This document shows, one piece after another, positions 8,340 to 15,672 of a DNA stretch of 24,000 nucleotides. The DNA comes from Bacillus timonensis (lineage in GTDB: Bacteria; Bacillota; Bacilli; Bacillales; Bacillaceae_L), in contig NZ_SLUB01000040.1 in NCBI RefSeq assembly GCF_004799755.1, forward strand, positions 14,201 through 38,200, given 5' to 3'. How positions within the stretch are numbered: the first letter of the stretch is position 1; each line of letters opens with the position of its first letter. The notes under the pieces are model-generated. The model was not told the origin of the DNA. It worked only from the letters and a program-made list of their open reading frames with translations, and searched no databases. The position numbers and the translations under genes are program-made.

Positions 8340-8552
8340 ATGAAGGTATATTGGTTAACCGTGATATTTTTCTATTGTATTTGGATTGTAGTTTCACACC
8401 TGTTTCCAGAACCAAGCTGGTGGTCCATTTTTTCATCGGATCGCGCAACACATACTCCACTCTTGGAGCAAACATCTATCATCAAAGTCACCTTTAGCAT
8501 CTTAATTTTTTTAGGATTGGCTCATCTATTACAACGTAAAATTCAAAAGTAA
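8340..8552 (+). CDS. hypothetical small membrane protein (70 aa)
   Basis: GAGGGG (8329-8334) lies 5 nt before ATG 8340. Two hydrophobic segments. Preferred over the overlapping 8291..8497 ORF, which has no RBS. Confidence 0.5.
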   Translation: MKVYWLTVIFFYCIWIVVSHLFPEPSWWSIFSSDRATHTPLLEQTSIIKVTFSILIFLGLAHLLQRKIQK

Positions 8553-8569
8553 AATAGGAGAACAGGTCA

Positions 8570-8851
8570 ATGAAAAAGGGTAAAAAGAGATATATTTTGG
8601 TCGTGTTATTTATTCTTTTTTTAATACTTTCCTTCGTTAAAAACCCAACTCAACAGGACTATATCGAATATACAAGTTTTAGTGAAGAACAAGCAGATTC
8701 CTTCAATGAAAATGTAGAATTTGAAATAGAACGAATCAATTTTTATATATTGTCAACTTATGCCCCAAAGGAGAAAGTCCTTGACCATTATGGCAACGTT
8801 CACCTGCCGATTTATGGGACACTTTTTTCAAGTTTCAAAAGGGCAATATGA
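8570..8851 (+). CDS. hypothetical N-terminally anchored protein (93 aa, possibly frameshifted at its 3' end)
   Basis: AGGAG (8556-8560) lies 9 nt before the ATG. N-terminal TM anchor KKRYILVVLFILFLILSF. See the finding at 8819-8882 about the T6 tract at 8823-8828. Confidence 0.6.
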   Translation: MKKGKKRYILVVLFILFLILSFVKNPTQQDYIEYTSFSEEQADSFNENVEFEIERINFYILSTYAPKEKVLDHYGNVHLPIYGTLFSSFKRAI

Positions 8852-9000
8852 TTATCCGTGGTGGTTAGAGTTTTTTAAATAGAACGAAGTGAAGTGTAAC
8901 GAATCTACTGCCCCCAAGAAAGACAGAATAATTCGAAACCAATTAACGAATTGAAACGTATAACATAGAAAAGGTCATACCATTTCAAGGGGGGACTGTA

Positions 9001-9309
9001 TTGGCAGGTGCCATTATGCTTTTTATTTTTATGATCCCTATATATGCAATGCTGATTTGGACTTATTTTAATCCAGAGGAAAGTATGTTACTGGGGCAAA
9101 GATGGATGTACAAAGAAGAACCGGAGTTTTCAGATGATGCGATTCGTTATACGAAATTTGGGGCAATAGTTGGTATTTTTCTTATAACCATGGTTTTTGC
9201 TCTTTATGTGATTGATCATTTTATGATTCGACTTTTCATCATTTTGGGATTCATTTCCTTTGTAATCGTTGGTGGTTACAGGCTATTAAAAAAGTACGTA
9301 GATTCCTAG
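9001..9309 (+). CDS. hypothetical membrane protein (possibly DUF6199-like)
   Basis: AAGGGGGG (8987-8994) lies 6 nt before TTG 9001. TM, then RWMYKEEPEFSDDAIRYTKFGAIVGIF, then further TM segments. The family call is from memory and is weak. Confidence 0.55.
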   Translation: MAGAIMLFIFMIPIYAMLIWTYFNPEESMLLGQRWMYKEEPEFSDDAIRYTKFGAIVGIFLITMVFALYVIDHFMIRLFIILGFISFVIVGGYRLLKKYVDS

Positions 9310-9435
9310 AAACTTAAATTGGAAATGAATGAAAAAATACTCATTTTTTGTAAGGGGTTTTTGTATAATGGATTTATGCACGACAGGGAATCTGCAGTGC
9401 TTCCTTTTTAGTTGAAAATTGGAGGGGACAAAGTA

Positions 9436-9900
9436 ATGGAGAATGAGGTTTTTGTGGATAAAGAAAAACAAGAAAAGCCGAAAGTGAAGATTGAGCGGAA
9501 AGAAGGGGAACCGACTGCAGCCTTTAAAGGAGCTTCGTGGGGAGCGTTATTAGTGGGTGTTTCCGCTTATCTCATCGGCTTGTTTAACGCAGCAATGGAA
9601 CTAAATGAAAAAGGCTATTATTTTGCTATTTTAATCTTTGGTCTTTATTCAGCTGTTTCTTTACAAAAAGCAGTGAGGGATAAAGAAGAGGGAATTCCAG
9701 TTACAAGTATTTATTATGGGATTAGCTGGGTTGCCCTGATTGTGTCAATTTCATTAATGGCGATTGGTTTATACAACGCAGGAAGTATTGTTTTAAGTGA
9801 AAAAGGATTTTACGGAATGGCTTTTGTTCTTAGTGTATTTGCAGCCATTACCGTTCAAAAGAACATTCGTGATACTCAAAAAGCTAGAGAAAGAGAGTAA
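9436..9900 (+). CDS. YiaA/YiaB family inner membrane protein
   Basis: Two tandem YiaAB two-helix repeats ([45 protein letters not shown] and [46 protein letters not shown]). GGAGGGG lies 8 nt before ATG 9436. TATAAT at 9364-9369 upstream. Confidence 0.85.
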   Translation: MENEVFVDKEKQEKPKVKIERKEGEPTAAFKGASWGALLVGVSAYLIGLFNAAMELNEKGYYFAILIFGLYSAVSLQKAVRDKEEGIPVTSIYYGISWVALIVSISLMAIGLYNAGSIVLSEKGFYGMAFVLSVFAAITVQKNIRDTQKARERE

Positions 9901-9907
9901 GAGTAAA

Positions 9908-9950
9908 AAAGGGTCATCCATGTCTAAACTGGATGGTCCTTTTGCGATTT
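9908..9950 (+). terminator. rho-independent terminator after the yiaA-like gene
   Basis: Stem AAAGGGTCATCCA / TGGATGGTCCTTT (two G-U pairs) followed by TTTGCGATTT. It overlaps the 3' end of the convergent gene 9924..10892. Confidence 0.65.
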
Positions 9951-10892
9951 GCGTTGCTTCTGTTTCCATAGCAGGAACGGGATTGAACTTAATAAAACGA
10001 TTAGAATAACGGATAATAATGTAAGAAACACGGTTTCCGTCATAAGGATATCGAGATAGTCTGCAATATCCATTTCTTTGGCATAGACCTGATAGGGATT
10101 ATCAACATTATAAACGATTGGCATTTTCTCCTTGTATTTGTTATACGTATGCCAAGTCACACCTTTTACGATAAAAATGGTATCTTGATTTTCGGGTGTA
10201 TACAACATCGAGATGTAATAATCGCTTCTATTGTACGTTGATGTTCTCCGATCATACCCATGTTCCATAATAAGAGCAGTTGTTTCAGCATGATTTTTTC
10301 CAAAATATTTTTCATGACCATTTTCAATCGCTGATTTTGTATCAGTCGAAACAAAGAGAAGAAGCGATACAATCAAGCCGCCAAATATCAAAATTGAGAG
10401 AACAAAACCAGCCATTTTATCAAGGTATAAGCGTTTTGAAATGCTAGAGCACAAATTCCATATTATGTTAATTTTGAATAGCCAATATAAAATATAGCCA
10501 ATAGGATACAGACTAAAGACGGTTAACAAGATATAAAACCATTTCACTTCCTCTTTCAAAAGAGTTTCTGTGTAAAATTTTCCGTCTACTTCATATCCGG
10601 AAATCGTATCTCCAGCGTCCACCTGTTCAAATAATTCCTGACTAATTGTAATCATCGAGTCATTATGTTTTGTGGGAATACTGCTTTCAGGTAACGTTCC
10701 GATTTGAACGGAAAACCTTGGCCCTACTAACAAATCGTTCACGACAAATTTACGCCAAACCCTCTCCTCAATCTGATTTTGCTCTGCTTTTTCAAGAAAG
10801 ACTTGATGCTCCTGAACGTTATCAAAAATCGTATAAATGATAAATAAAAATGCTGCAAAGGCAAATAACTTCGGCCAATTTAGTTCATTCAT
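9924..10892 (-). CDS. membrane protein with a DUF3592-like domain
   Basis: GGGAG lies 6 nt before the ATG. Multiple TM segments. The segment AETTALIMEHGYDRR...YYISMLYTP....IFIVKGVTWHTYNKYKEKMPIVYNVDNPYQ resembles the DUF3592 pattern (... V.Y.p.nP). Confidence 0.65.
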   Translation of the reverse strand: MNELNWPKLFAFAAFLFIIYTIFDNVQEHQVFLEKAEQNQIEERVWRKFVVNDLLVGPRFSVQIGTLPESSIPTKHNDSMITISQELFEQVDAGDTISGYEVDGKFYTETLLKEEVKWFYILLTVFSLYPIGYILYWLFKINIIWNLCSSISKRLYLDKMAGFVLSILIFGGLIVSLLLFVSTDTKSAIENGHEKYFGKNHAETTALIMEHGYDRRTSTYNRSDYYISMLYTPENQDTIFIVKGVTWHTYNKYKEKMPIVYNVDNPYQVYAKEMDIADYLDILMTETVFLTLLSVILIVLLSSIPFLLWKQKQRKSQKDHPV

Positions 10893-11070
10893 TCATAACT
10901 CCCTTAAATTTCCTTTTGATTCAAGTATATGAAACTATTTTAATTAATAAAAAGGGTCTAAAGTCATGGTTCTTTTTATCTGATTTGGCGGCCAAATGGA
11001 ATTATATCAATGAGAATGGAAGTCTTGTGTTAAAATTGGTTCAAAATGGAATGAATTACGCGGAAATTGG

Positions 11071-11172
11071 GCTGGAACGCAAAAAAGCAGAAAAAGACGC
11101 AAATAATGAGCGGGTGACGCAAAAAAGCAGAAAAAGACGCAAATATTTAGCTGGCAACGCAAAAAAACGAGT
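11071..11172. repeat. direct repeat array / phased A-tracts
   Basis: The 29-bp unit ACGCAAAAAAGCAGAAAAAGACGCAAATA occurs twice without mismatch (11077-11105 and 11117-11145), and a third partial copy ACGCAAAAAAACGAG lies at 11157-11171. A-tracts start at 11081, 11091, 11101, 11121, 11131, 11141 and 11161. Confidence 0.9.
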
Positions 11173-11194
11173 CCATTTGAATGCGAGGTGTGAG

Positions 11195-11437
11195 ATGAGG
11201 AAAATTTTAATCTTATTCTTGGTGATCGGATTATTAATATCATTTTTTGGGATCTTACCTTTTATTTTTGATTATCCGTATAGTGAAGATGCGAACTCAG
11301 GCCCAAGAAACTATTGGGAACTAATACTTATGATTTCCTATGAAGGAAAGGGGAAATATTTAGTTGTCGGGGTTTTGCTACTATTACTAACGATACCAGC
11401 TATTATTAAACAGAAAGGGAAGGAGAGGTTCTCATGA
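11195..11437 (+). CDS. hypothetical small membrane protein (80 aa)
   Basis: GAGGTG (11185-11190) lies 4 nt before ATG 11195. Two TM segments (KILILFLVIGLLISFFGILPFIF, YLVVGVLLLLLTIPAII). The 195-aa ORF in the track (10850..) is an upstream open-frame extension through the repeat region. Confidence 0.55.
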   Translation: MRKILILFLVIGLLISFFGILPFIFDYPYSEDANSGPRNYWELILMISYEGKGKYLVVGVLLLLLTIPAIIKQKGKERFS

Positions 11438-11610
11438 GATGTGGGGCTAAATGCTTCCTTGTCGAAATAGAGGTAGACGGAAAGGCACAACTTGAATCTA
11501 TCAACGCTAGAACACCAGCGAAGGCTCGGAAAAGCATCCGGAAAAAACATGGAAGTGAAACTCAAATTCTAGCAGTTAAAGAAGAGAAGAAGAACGTTAC
11601 TTGGAGGTAA
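11434..11610 (+). CDS. hypothetical small basic protein (58 aa), not in the ORF track
   Basis: GGAAGGAGAGG (11418-11428) lies 5 nt before ATG 11434. The ATGA overlap with the upstream stop indicates translational coupling. Translation MRCGAKCFLVEIEVDGKAQLESINARTPAKARKSIRKKHGSETQILAVKEEKKNVTWR*. Confidence 0.5.
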   Translation: MRCGAKCFLVEIEVDGKAQLESINARTPAKARKSIRKKHGSETQILAVKEEKKNVTWR

Positions 11611-11613
11611 AAC

Positions 11614-11961
11614 ATGGGAGAATTGATAGAGGGTTTCTTATTTTACATGGTAATCTTAAGCCCTGCAGTTGTTGGAATTCCATTACAAGTTAGAGCTACC
11701 ATAATGAGTCAGAGATTAGATAAGTTTTTTGCGATCAATTGTATTTTAGCATCCGGAGTCCAGATAATCGTGATTATAAGCTATGTGTTTTATGTAGCTA
11801 ACCAAGGCGGGCAGCAAGCTGAAGCAGTTGGGTGGCTACTAGTTGCTTATGTGCTGTTCTCAATCGTCATCATAGGTCTTAATACTTTAATGGTGCTTGT
11901 TACTCACTTTATTACAAAGTGGGTGCTAAAATTAAAAGCAAATAAAACAGTGAAGGCTTAA
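11614..11961 (+). CDS. hypothetical membrane protein (115 aa)
   Basis: GGAGG (11603-11607) lies 6 nt before the ATG and overlaps the previous gene's stop. Three to four hydrophobic segments. No family recognised. Confidence 0.6.
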   Translation: MGELIEGFLFYMVILSPAVVGIPLQVRATIMSQRLDKFFAINCILASGVQIIVIISYVFYVANQGGQQAEAVGWLLVAYVLFSIVIIGLNTLMVLVTHFITKWVLKLKANKTVKA

Positions 11962-12128
11962 ATTAAATCATCCCGAAGAATGCAGAATTTCTAACATTCT
12001 TTGAGATTTTTAATTGTCTTAACTAACCGAGATTTCCGACAGAAATGGGTGCTAAATCTGGAAGATTATGCTACTTTTAAAGGAGGAATAATGAAGTTTC
12101 TTATCTAACAAAAAGGAGGTCACGAATA

Positions 12129-12932
12129 ATGAGTCAATTCATTCGAGACCAATACCCACTTAAAAATCGAAAAGTGCTAGTAACAGGAGTTAGCCGTCGC
12201 CAAGGAATTGGATATGCGATAGCACGTCAAGTAGCAGCATGGGGAGCAACTGTGATTATTCATCATTTTCAGCCTCACGATAGAGAACAATTTTGGGGAG
12301 CAGATGATTTAGAAGAAGTAATCAAAGGCATTAAAGCTGAACTAATAGATGATGCATCCCTATTTGATATAAGTGGGGACTTTTTAAACCCTGAAGAACC
12401 ACAAAGGGTGATGGATGAAATCAGTAAGACCTGTGGGCATCTGGATGCACTTGTTTGTAACCATGCAATGAGTGGAAGCGATGGGGCACTTGGTGAACTA
12501 ACAGTTGAAATGTTGGATAAACATTGGGCAGTTAATGCACGCTCATCTATTTTACTGGCACAATCTTTTGCGAATCAACATGACCCTACATTAGGAGGAG
12601 GCAGAATCATTTTCATGAGCTCGGGTCAAAGGCTAGGGCCAATACATGGTGAAATGGCCTATGTCGCATCCAAGGGAGCGCTCGCTGATCTTACGTTAAC
12701 GATATCAGATCAATTGGCTGATCAAAACATAACCGTCAATACTGTAAACCCGGGACCAGTAGATACGGGGTATATGACCAAGGAACTGTGGGAAAATCTG
12801 AAACCAATGTTTCCATTTGGGCGAATGGGACAACCTGAAGATCCTGCACGACTTATTGCTTGGTTATTAACTGAAGAAGCGGCGTGGATTACTGGGCAAA
12901 TCATTAATACTGAAGGTGGATTTAGAAGGTAG
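12129..12932 (+). CDS. SDR family oxidoreductase (short-chain dehydrogenase/reductase)
   Basis: Variant N-terminal Rossmann motif VLVTGVSRRQGIGYAIA, catalytic YxxxK (YVASKGAL), and NTVNPGPVDTG. AAAGGAGG lies 8 nt before the ATG. Confidence 0.9.
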   Translation: MSQFIRDQYPLKNRKVLVTGVSRRQGIGYAIARQVAAWGATVIIHHFQPHDREQFWGADDLEEVIKGIKAELIDDASLFDISGDFLNPEEPQRVMDEISKTCGHLDALVCNHAMSGSDGALGELTVEMLDKHWAVNARSSILLAQSFANQHDPTLGGGRIIFMSSGQRLGPIHGEMAYVASKGALADLTLTISDQLADQNITVNTVNPGPVDTGYMTKELWENLKPMFPFGRMGQPEDPARLIAWLLTEEAAWITGQIINTEGGFRR

Positions 12933-13101
12933 CGTTCCCATACTTACCTATGAAGGAATGAGCAATTTTAGAGGCTGAAATAACACGTAGGCTTCATAGA
13001 AGAAGCACTTTGAATAAGGGAGATTATGAATAATGTTATTACATAAAGAATAAACGTTATAATACACCCCTCCTAATCTTTTTCAGTAAGGTGCTGATTC
13101 T

Positions 13102-13281
13102 TTGAATAGGAAAAAGAACATACATTCAGCCATTTTATTGTTAATTTTGCTGCTCATCGTCTTAATCGTTCATGTCATTCTACATGTGAACGTGTATATC
13201 GTGTACAGCGCAAGTTTAGGCACGATTTTTATGATTGTGCTTATTATTTTCCTCATCATTTTGCTCATTTTAAAAACGTAA
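13102..13281 (+). CDS. hypothetical very hydrophobic small protein (59 aa), not in the ORF track
   Basis: AAGGTG (13088-13093) lies 8 nt before TTG 13102. Translation MNRKKNIHSAILLLILLLIVLIVHVILHVNVYIVYSASLGTIFMIVLIIFLIILLILKT*. A terminator follows directly. Confidence 0.4.
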   Translation: MNRKKNIHSAILLLILLLIVLIVHVILHVNVYIVYSASLGTIFMIVLIIFLIILLILKT

Positions 13282-13293
13282 GCGGTTTAATGA

Positions 13294-13330
13294 AGTGTTA
13301 ATCAAAGCAGGATTAGCACTTCTTTTTGTT
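13294..13330 (+). terminator. rho-independent terminator
   Basis: Stem AGTGTTAATC / GATTAGCACT (one G-U pair) with a 7-nt loop, followed by TCTTTTTGTT. Confidence 0.65.
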
Positions 13331-13380
13331 GAAAATTAATGATATGAGACAAATTCCTTTTGGGAGGAATGGAGGTATTT

Positions 13381-13668
13381 ATGGAATTTCTATTTTGGCC
13401 ATTTATGATTAGTTCCCTTATTCTATCCATTTTAGCGGTACGGTTAAAAAAGCCATCGATGCTTGTGATTTCTTCAATTTTACTATTACCAATGGCACTA
13501 TATTTAGCAGCTACACCACGGTTTGAAATCTGGGGGCTCGTCTTTCCCCTTTTTTATGTGGGAGCTGCAGTATCCCTTGCCAAAAGAATAAAATGGTTAT
13601 CCCTCTTGCTGATTGCACCAAACTTTATCCTAATTGGATGGATCGGTTTTTCTGTAATGAATCAATAG
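13381..13668 (+). CDS. hypothetical membrane protein (95 aa)
   Basis: GGAGG (13371-13375) lies 5 nt before ATG 13381. Three hydrophobic segments. No family recognised. Confidence 0.55.
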   Translation: MEFLFWPFMISSLILSILAVRLKKPSMLVISSILLLPMALYLAATPRFEIWGLVFPLFYVGAAVSLAKRIKWLSLLLIAPNFILIGWIGFSVMNQ

Positions 13669-13689
13669 TATGTAAGGAGTGTCTTAATC

Positions 13690-13878
13690 ATGAACATAAA
13701 ATTAATCATTTTACAAACAGATCGAATCAATGAAATGAAGAGGTTCTATGTGGACCTTTTTGGATTTCCTTTACTAAAAGAGGATACAAAAAGTTTTCGC
13801 ATTGCGGTTGGTTCAAGTGAGTTAGAATTTACCTCGGAGAACGTCAAAGGAAATCCTTATTACCACTTTGCATTTAAC
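13690..13878 (+). pseudogene. VOC/glyoxalase-family gene, 5' fragment (interrupted by an IS)
   Basis: MNIKLIILQTDRINEMKRFYVDLFGFPLL......FRIAVGSSELEF......GNPYYHFAFN is a typical VOC beta-alpha-beta-beta-beta module. After codon N (13876-13878) the frame runs into IS left-end sequence and stops at 13932. Confidence 0.7.
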
Positions 13879-13894
13879 GTAATCCGACAGAATT

Positions 13895-13943
13895 CCCCTT
13901 CCTCAAGGAATGTGAAGGGAGAAGTCCAATGAGTAGGGAGGGG
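13895..13943 (+). repeat. IS left-end subterminal hairpin
   Basis: CCCCTTCC (13895-13902) pairs with GGGAGGGG (13936-13943), with one G-U pair. An inner TTCC-TCAA-GGAA hairpin lies at 13899-13910. The outer arms are shared with the right-end hairpin. Confidence 0.6.
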
Positions 13944-13981
13944 ATGAATGTCGGTTAAGCGATAGCCTAAAGGATTATTGT

Positions 13982-14010
13982 TTGCACTTCTTGTTATTCA
14001 GTCGTATATT
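13982..14010 (+). promoter_or_regulatory. candidate tnpA promoter inside the left end
   Basis: TTGCAC (13982-13987), a 17-nt spacer, then TATATT (14005-14010), about 20 nt upstream of the tnpA start. Confidence 0.45.
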
Positions 14011-14029
14011 GAAATAAAGAGGTGATAAA

Positions 14030-14434
14030 GTGAAACTAGACACAAATAATCATTCAGTATTCAAACTGAACTACCACCTTATTATGGTTGTAAAATACCG
14101 AAGAAAAGTCATTGACGATACTATCTCAACTAGATTGAACACCATATTTGAAGATATTGGGGAAAAGTATCATATCACCGTAACAGAATGGAATCATGAT
14201 ATTGACCATGTTCACGTTCTCCTTACAGCTAAACCCAATACAGAACTATCTAAGTTCATCAACGCCTATAAGAGTGCCAGTTCACGAAAAATCAAAAACG
14301 AATTCCCTGAAATCAGAGAAAAGCTATGGAAAGAATACTTCTGGTCACAAAGCTATTGCCTGCTAACAGTGGGTGGTGCACCATTAGAAGTATTAAAACA
14401 GTATATTGAAACTCAAGGACAAAAGGGGGTGTAG
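14030..14434 (+). CDS. tnpA: IS200/IS605 family Y1 (HUH) transposase TnpA
   Basis: 134 aa. HUH motif in DHVHVLLTAKP, conserved YHLIMVVKYRRKV, and a catalytic Tyr context LKQYIETQ near the C-terminus. AGAGGTG RBS before GTG 14030. Confidence 0.92.
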   Translation: MKLDTNNHSVFKLNYHLIMVVKYRRKVIDDTISTRLNTIFEDIGEKYHITVTEWNHDIDHVHVLLTAKPNTELSKFINAYKSASSRKIKNEFPEIREKLWKEYFWSQSYCLLTVGGAPLEVLKQYIETQGQKGV

Positions 14435-14437
14435 GCA

Positions 14438-15526
14438 ATGTTGAAAGCATACAAGTATCGTATCTATCCGAATAAAGAACAACGCATATTCTTTGCGAAA
14501 ACCTTTGGATGTGTACGTTTCGTGTATAACAAAATGCTTGCTGATAGAATAAAATCTTACAACGAGTCACAAGAAAAAGCAGATAAATCTATCAAATTTC
14601 CTACACCAGCGCAATATAAAGCTGAATTCCCTTTCTTAAAAGAAGTAGATAGCCTTGCTCTAGCGAATGCCCAAATAAATTTAGATAAAGCTTATGCTAA
14701 TTTCTTTCGTGATAAATCAGTGGGGTTCCCAAAATTCAAAGCTAAAAAAGACAATCATCGTAGCTACAAGACGAATAATCAAAAGGGAACTGTTTTCGTT
14801 GAAAAGGGCTATATTAAACTACCAAAATTAAAAACATTGGTACGAATCAAGCAACACAGACAATTCCAAGGTTTGATTAAGTCCGTAACCATTTCTCAAG
14901 CGCCGACAGGCAAATACTTTGCTTCTGTTTTGGTGGAAGAAAATGAACAGCTATTTCCTAAGATTGATACTAGGGTCGGTATTGATGTCGGCTTAAAAGA
15001 CTTTGCGATATTATCCAATGGCAAGAAATATGAAAACCCTAAGTGGTTGCGTAAAGTTGAAAAAAGATTAGCTTTCTTGCAACGTTCTTTGTCACGTAAA
15101 AAGAAAGGTTCAAGCAATCGCAATAAGATTAGATTGCAAATTGCGAAACTTCACGAAAAAATCGCTAACCAACGGAATGATTTTCTTCACAAAATCAGTA
15201 ACGAAATCACAAACGAAAACCAAGTTATTGTGATTGAGGACTTAAAAGTGAAGAATATGCAAAAGAATCATAAGTTAGCAAAAGCCATCAGCGAAGTATC
15301 CTGGTCTAAATTCAGAGAATATCTTAACTATAAAGCCGTTTGGAAAGGTCGTGATTTGATAATCGCACCTAAGAATTATGCTTCTAGTCAGCTATGTTCT
15401 TGTTGTGGGTACAAGAACATGGAAGTAAAAAATCTAAACCTTCGTGAATGGGATTGCCCAGAGTGCAACAGCCATCATGACAGGGATATAAATGCAAGTA
15501 TCAACTTGCTAAAACTAGCCATGTAA
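14438..15526 (+). CDS. tnpB: TnpB (IS605 OrfB family) RNA-guided DNA endonuclease
   Basis: 362 aa. The N-terminus [15 protein letters not shown] is typical of OrfB_IS605. RuvC triad candidates are D in [10 protein letters not shown] in VIVIEDLKV and D in [12 protein letters not shown]. Zinc finger CSCCGY...CPECNS. The start lies 3 nt after the tnpA stop. Confidence 0.92.
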   Translation: MLKAYKYRIYPNKEQRIFFAKTFGCVRFVYNKMLADRIKSYNESQEKADKSIKFPTPAQYKAEFPFLKEVDSLALANAQINLDKAYANFFRDKSVGFPKFKAKKDNHRSYKTNNQKGTVFVEKGYIKLPKLKTLVRIKQHRQFQGLIKSVTISQAPTGKYFASVLVEENEQLFPKIDTRVGIDVGLKDFAILSNGKKYENPKWLRKVEKRLAFLQRSLSRKKKGSSNRNKIRLQIAKLHEKIANQRNDFLHKISNEITNENQVIVIEDLKVKNMQKNHKLAKAISEVSWSKFREYLNYKAVWKGRDLIIAPKNYASSQLCSCCGYKNMEVKNLNLREWDCPECNSHHDRDINASINLLKLAM

Positions 15527-15672
15527 ATGGTATCTTCCATAGGGGTAGGGACTACCCTCATAGCTTGGTAAATATAGATAGCTAACAAAAGTATCTAGTT
15601 CCCGAGAAGCCCCTTCTTCAATCAGACCGTAAGGTCGATAAGGAGGGGTAGTTCACTATTCCATCAAACCAG
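15480..15672 (+). ncRNA. predicted TnpB omega-RNA (reRNA) scaffold plus flanking guide
   Basis: Inferred from family knowledge: omega-RNAs derive from the tnpB 3' end and the IS right end, and extend about 16 nt into flanking DNA. Structured elements are visible: GGGTAG-GGA-CTACCC (15545-15559) and the nested right-end hairpin (15610-15648). The 5' boundary is a guess. Confidence 0.4.
15610..15648 (+). repeat. IS right-end subterminal hairpin
   Basis: CCCCTTCTT (15610-15618) pairs with AAGGAGGGG (15640-15648), enclosing GACC-GTAA-GGTC (15626-15637). It lies 7-9 nt from the inferred right end. Confidence 0.6.

Larger units (their letters stand above)
13879..15657 (+). mobile_element. IS200/IS605-family insertion sequence (tnpA + tnpB)
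   Basis: Bounded by the two halves of a VOC gene. It carries a Y1 HUH transposase and a TnpB. It has no terminal inverted repeats and no target duplication, but it has subterminal imperfect palindromes at both ends. The ends are ambiguous by 1-3 nt (13876-13879 and 15655-15658). Confidence 0.85.

Noticed and set aside
8291-8497. 68-aa + strand ORF
   Set aside because: It overlaps 8340..8552 in another frame. It has no RBS and its composition is not protein-like. The 8340 ORF has GAGGGG at ideal spacing and clear TM segments.
9286-10372. ORFs 9286..9471 (-), 9797..10009 (+) and 10166..10372 (-)
   Set aside because: These overlap better-supported genes (yiaA-like and DUF3592-like) in other frames or strands, or span a terminator. 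They have no RBS.
11077-11171. Direct repeats considered as a CRISPR array
   Set aside because: There are only 2.5 copies. The 'spacers' are 11 nt and 4-11 nt long. The repeat is A-rich and non-palindromic, and there are no cas genes. It is not a CRISPR array.
10850-11194. N-terminal 115 codons of the 195-aa ORF 10850..11437
   Set aside because: It starts inside the divergent gene's 5' end and runs through its promoter region. It also runs through a 40-bp (non-multiple-of-3) perfect duplication, so the two copies are translated in different frames. A good RBS and start exist at 11195, so only 11195..11437 is kept.
14313-15123. Minus-strand ORFs 14313..14570 and 14896..15123
   Set aside because: These are antisense shadows within tnpA/tnpB.
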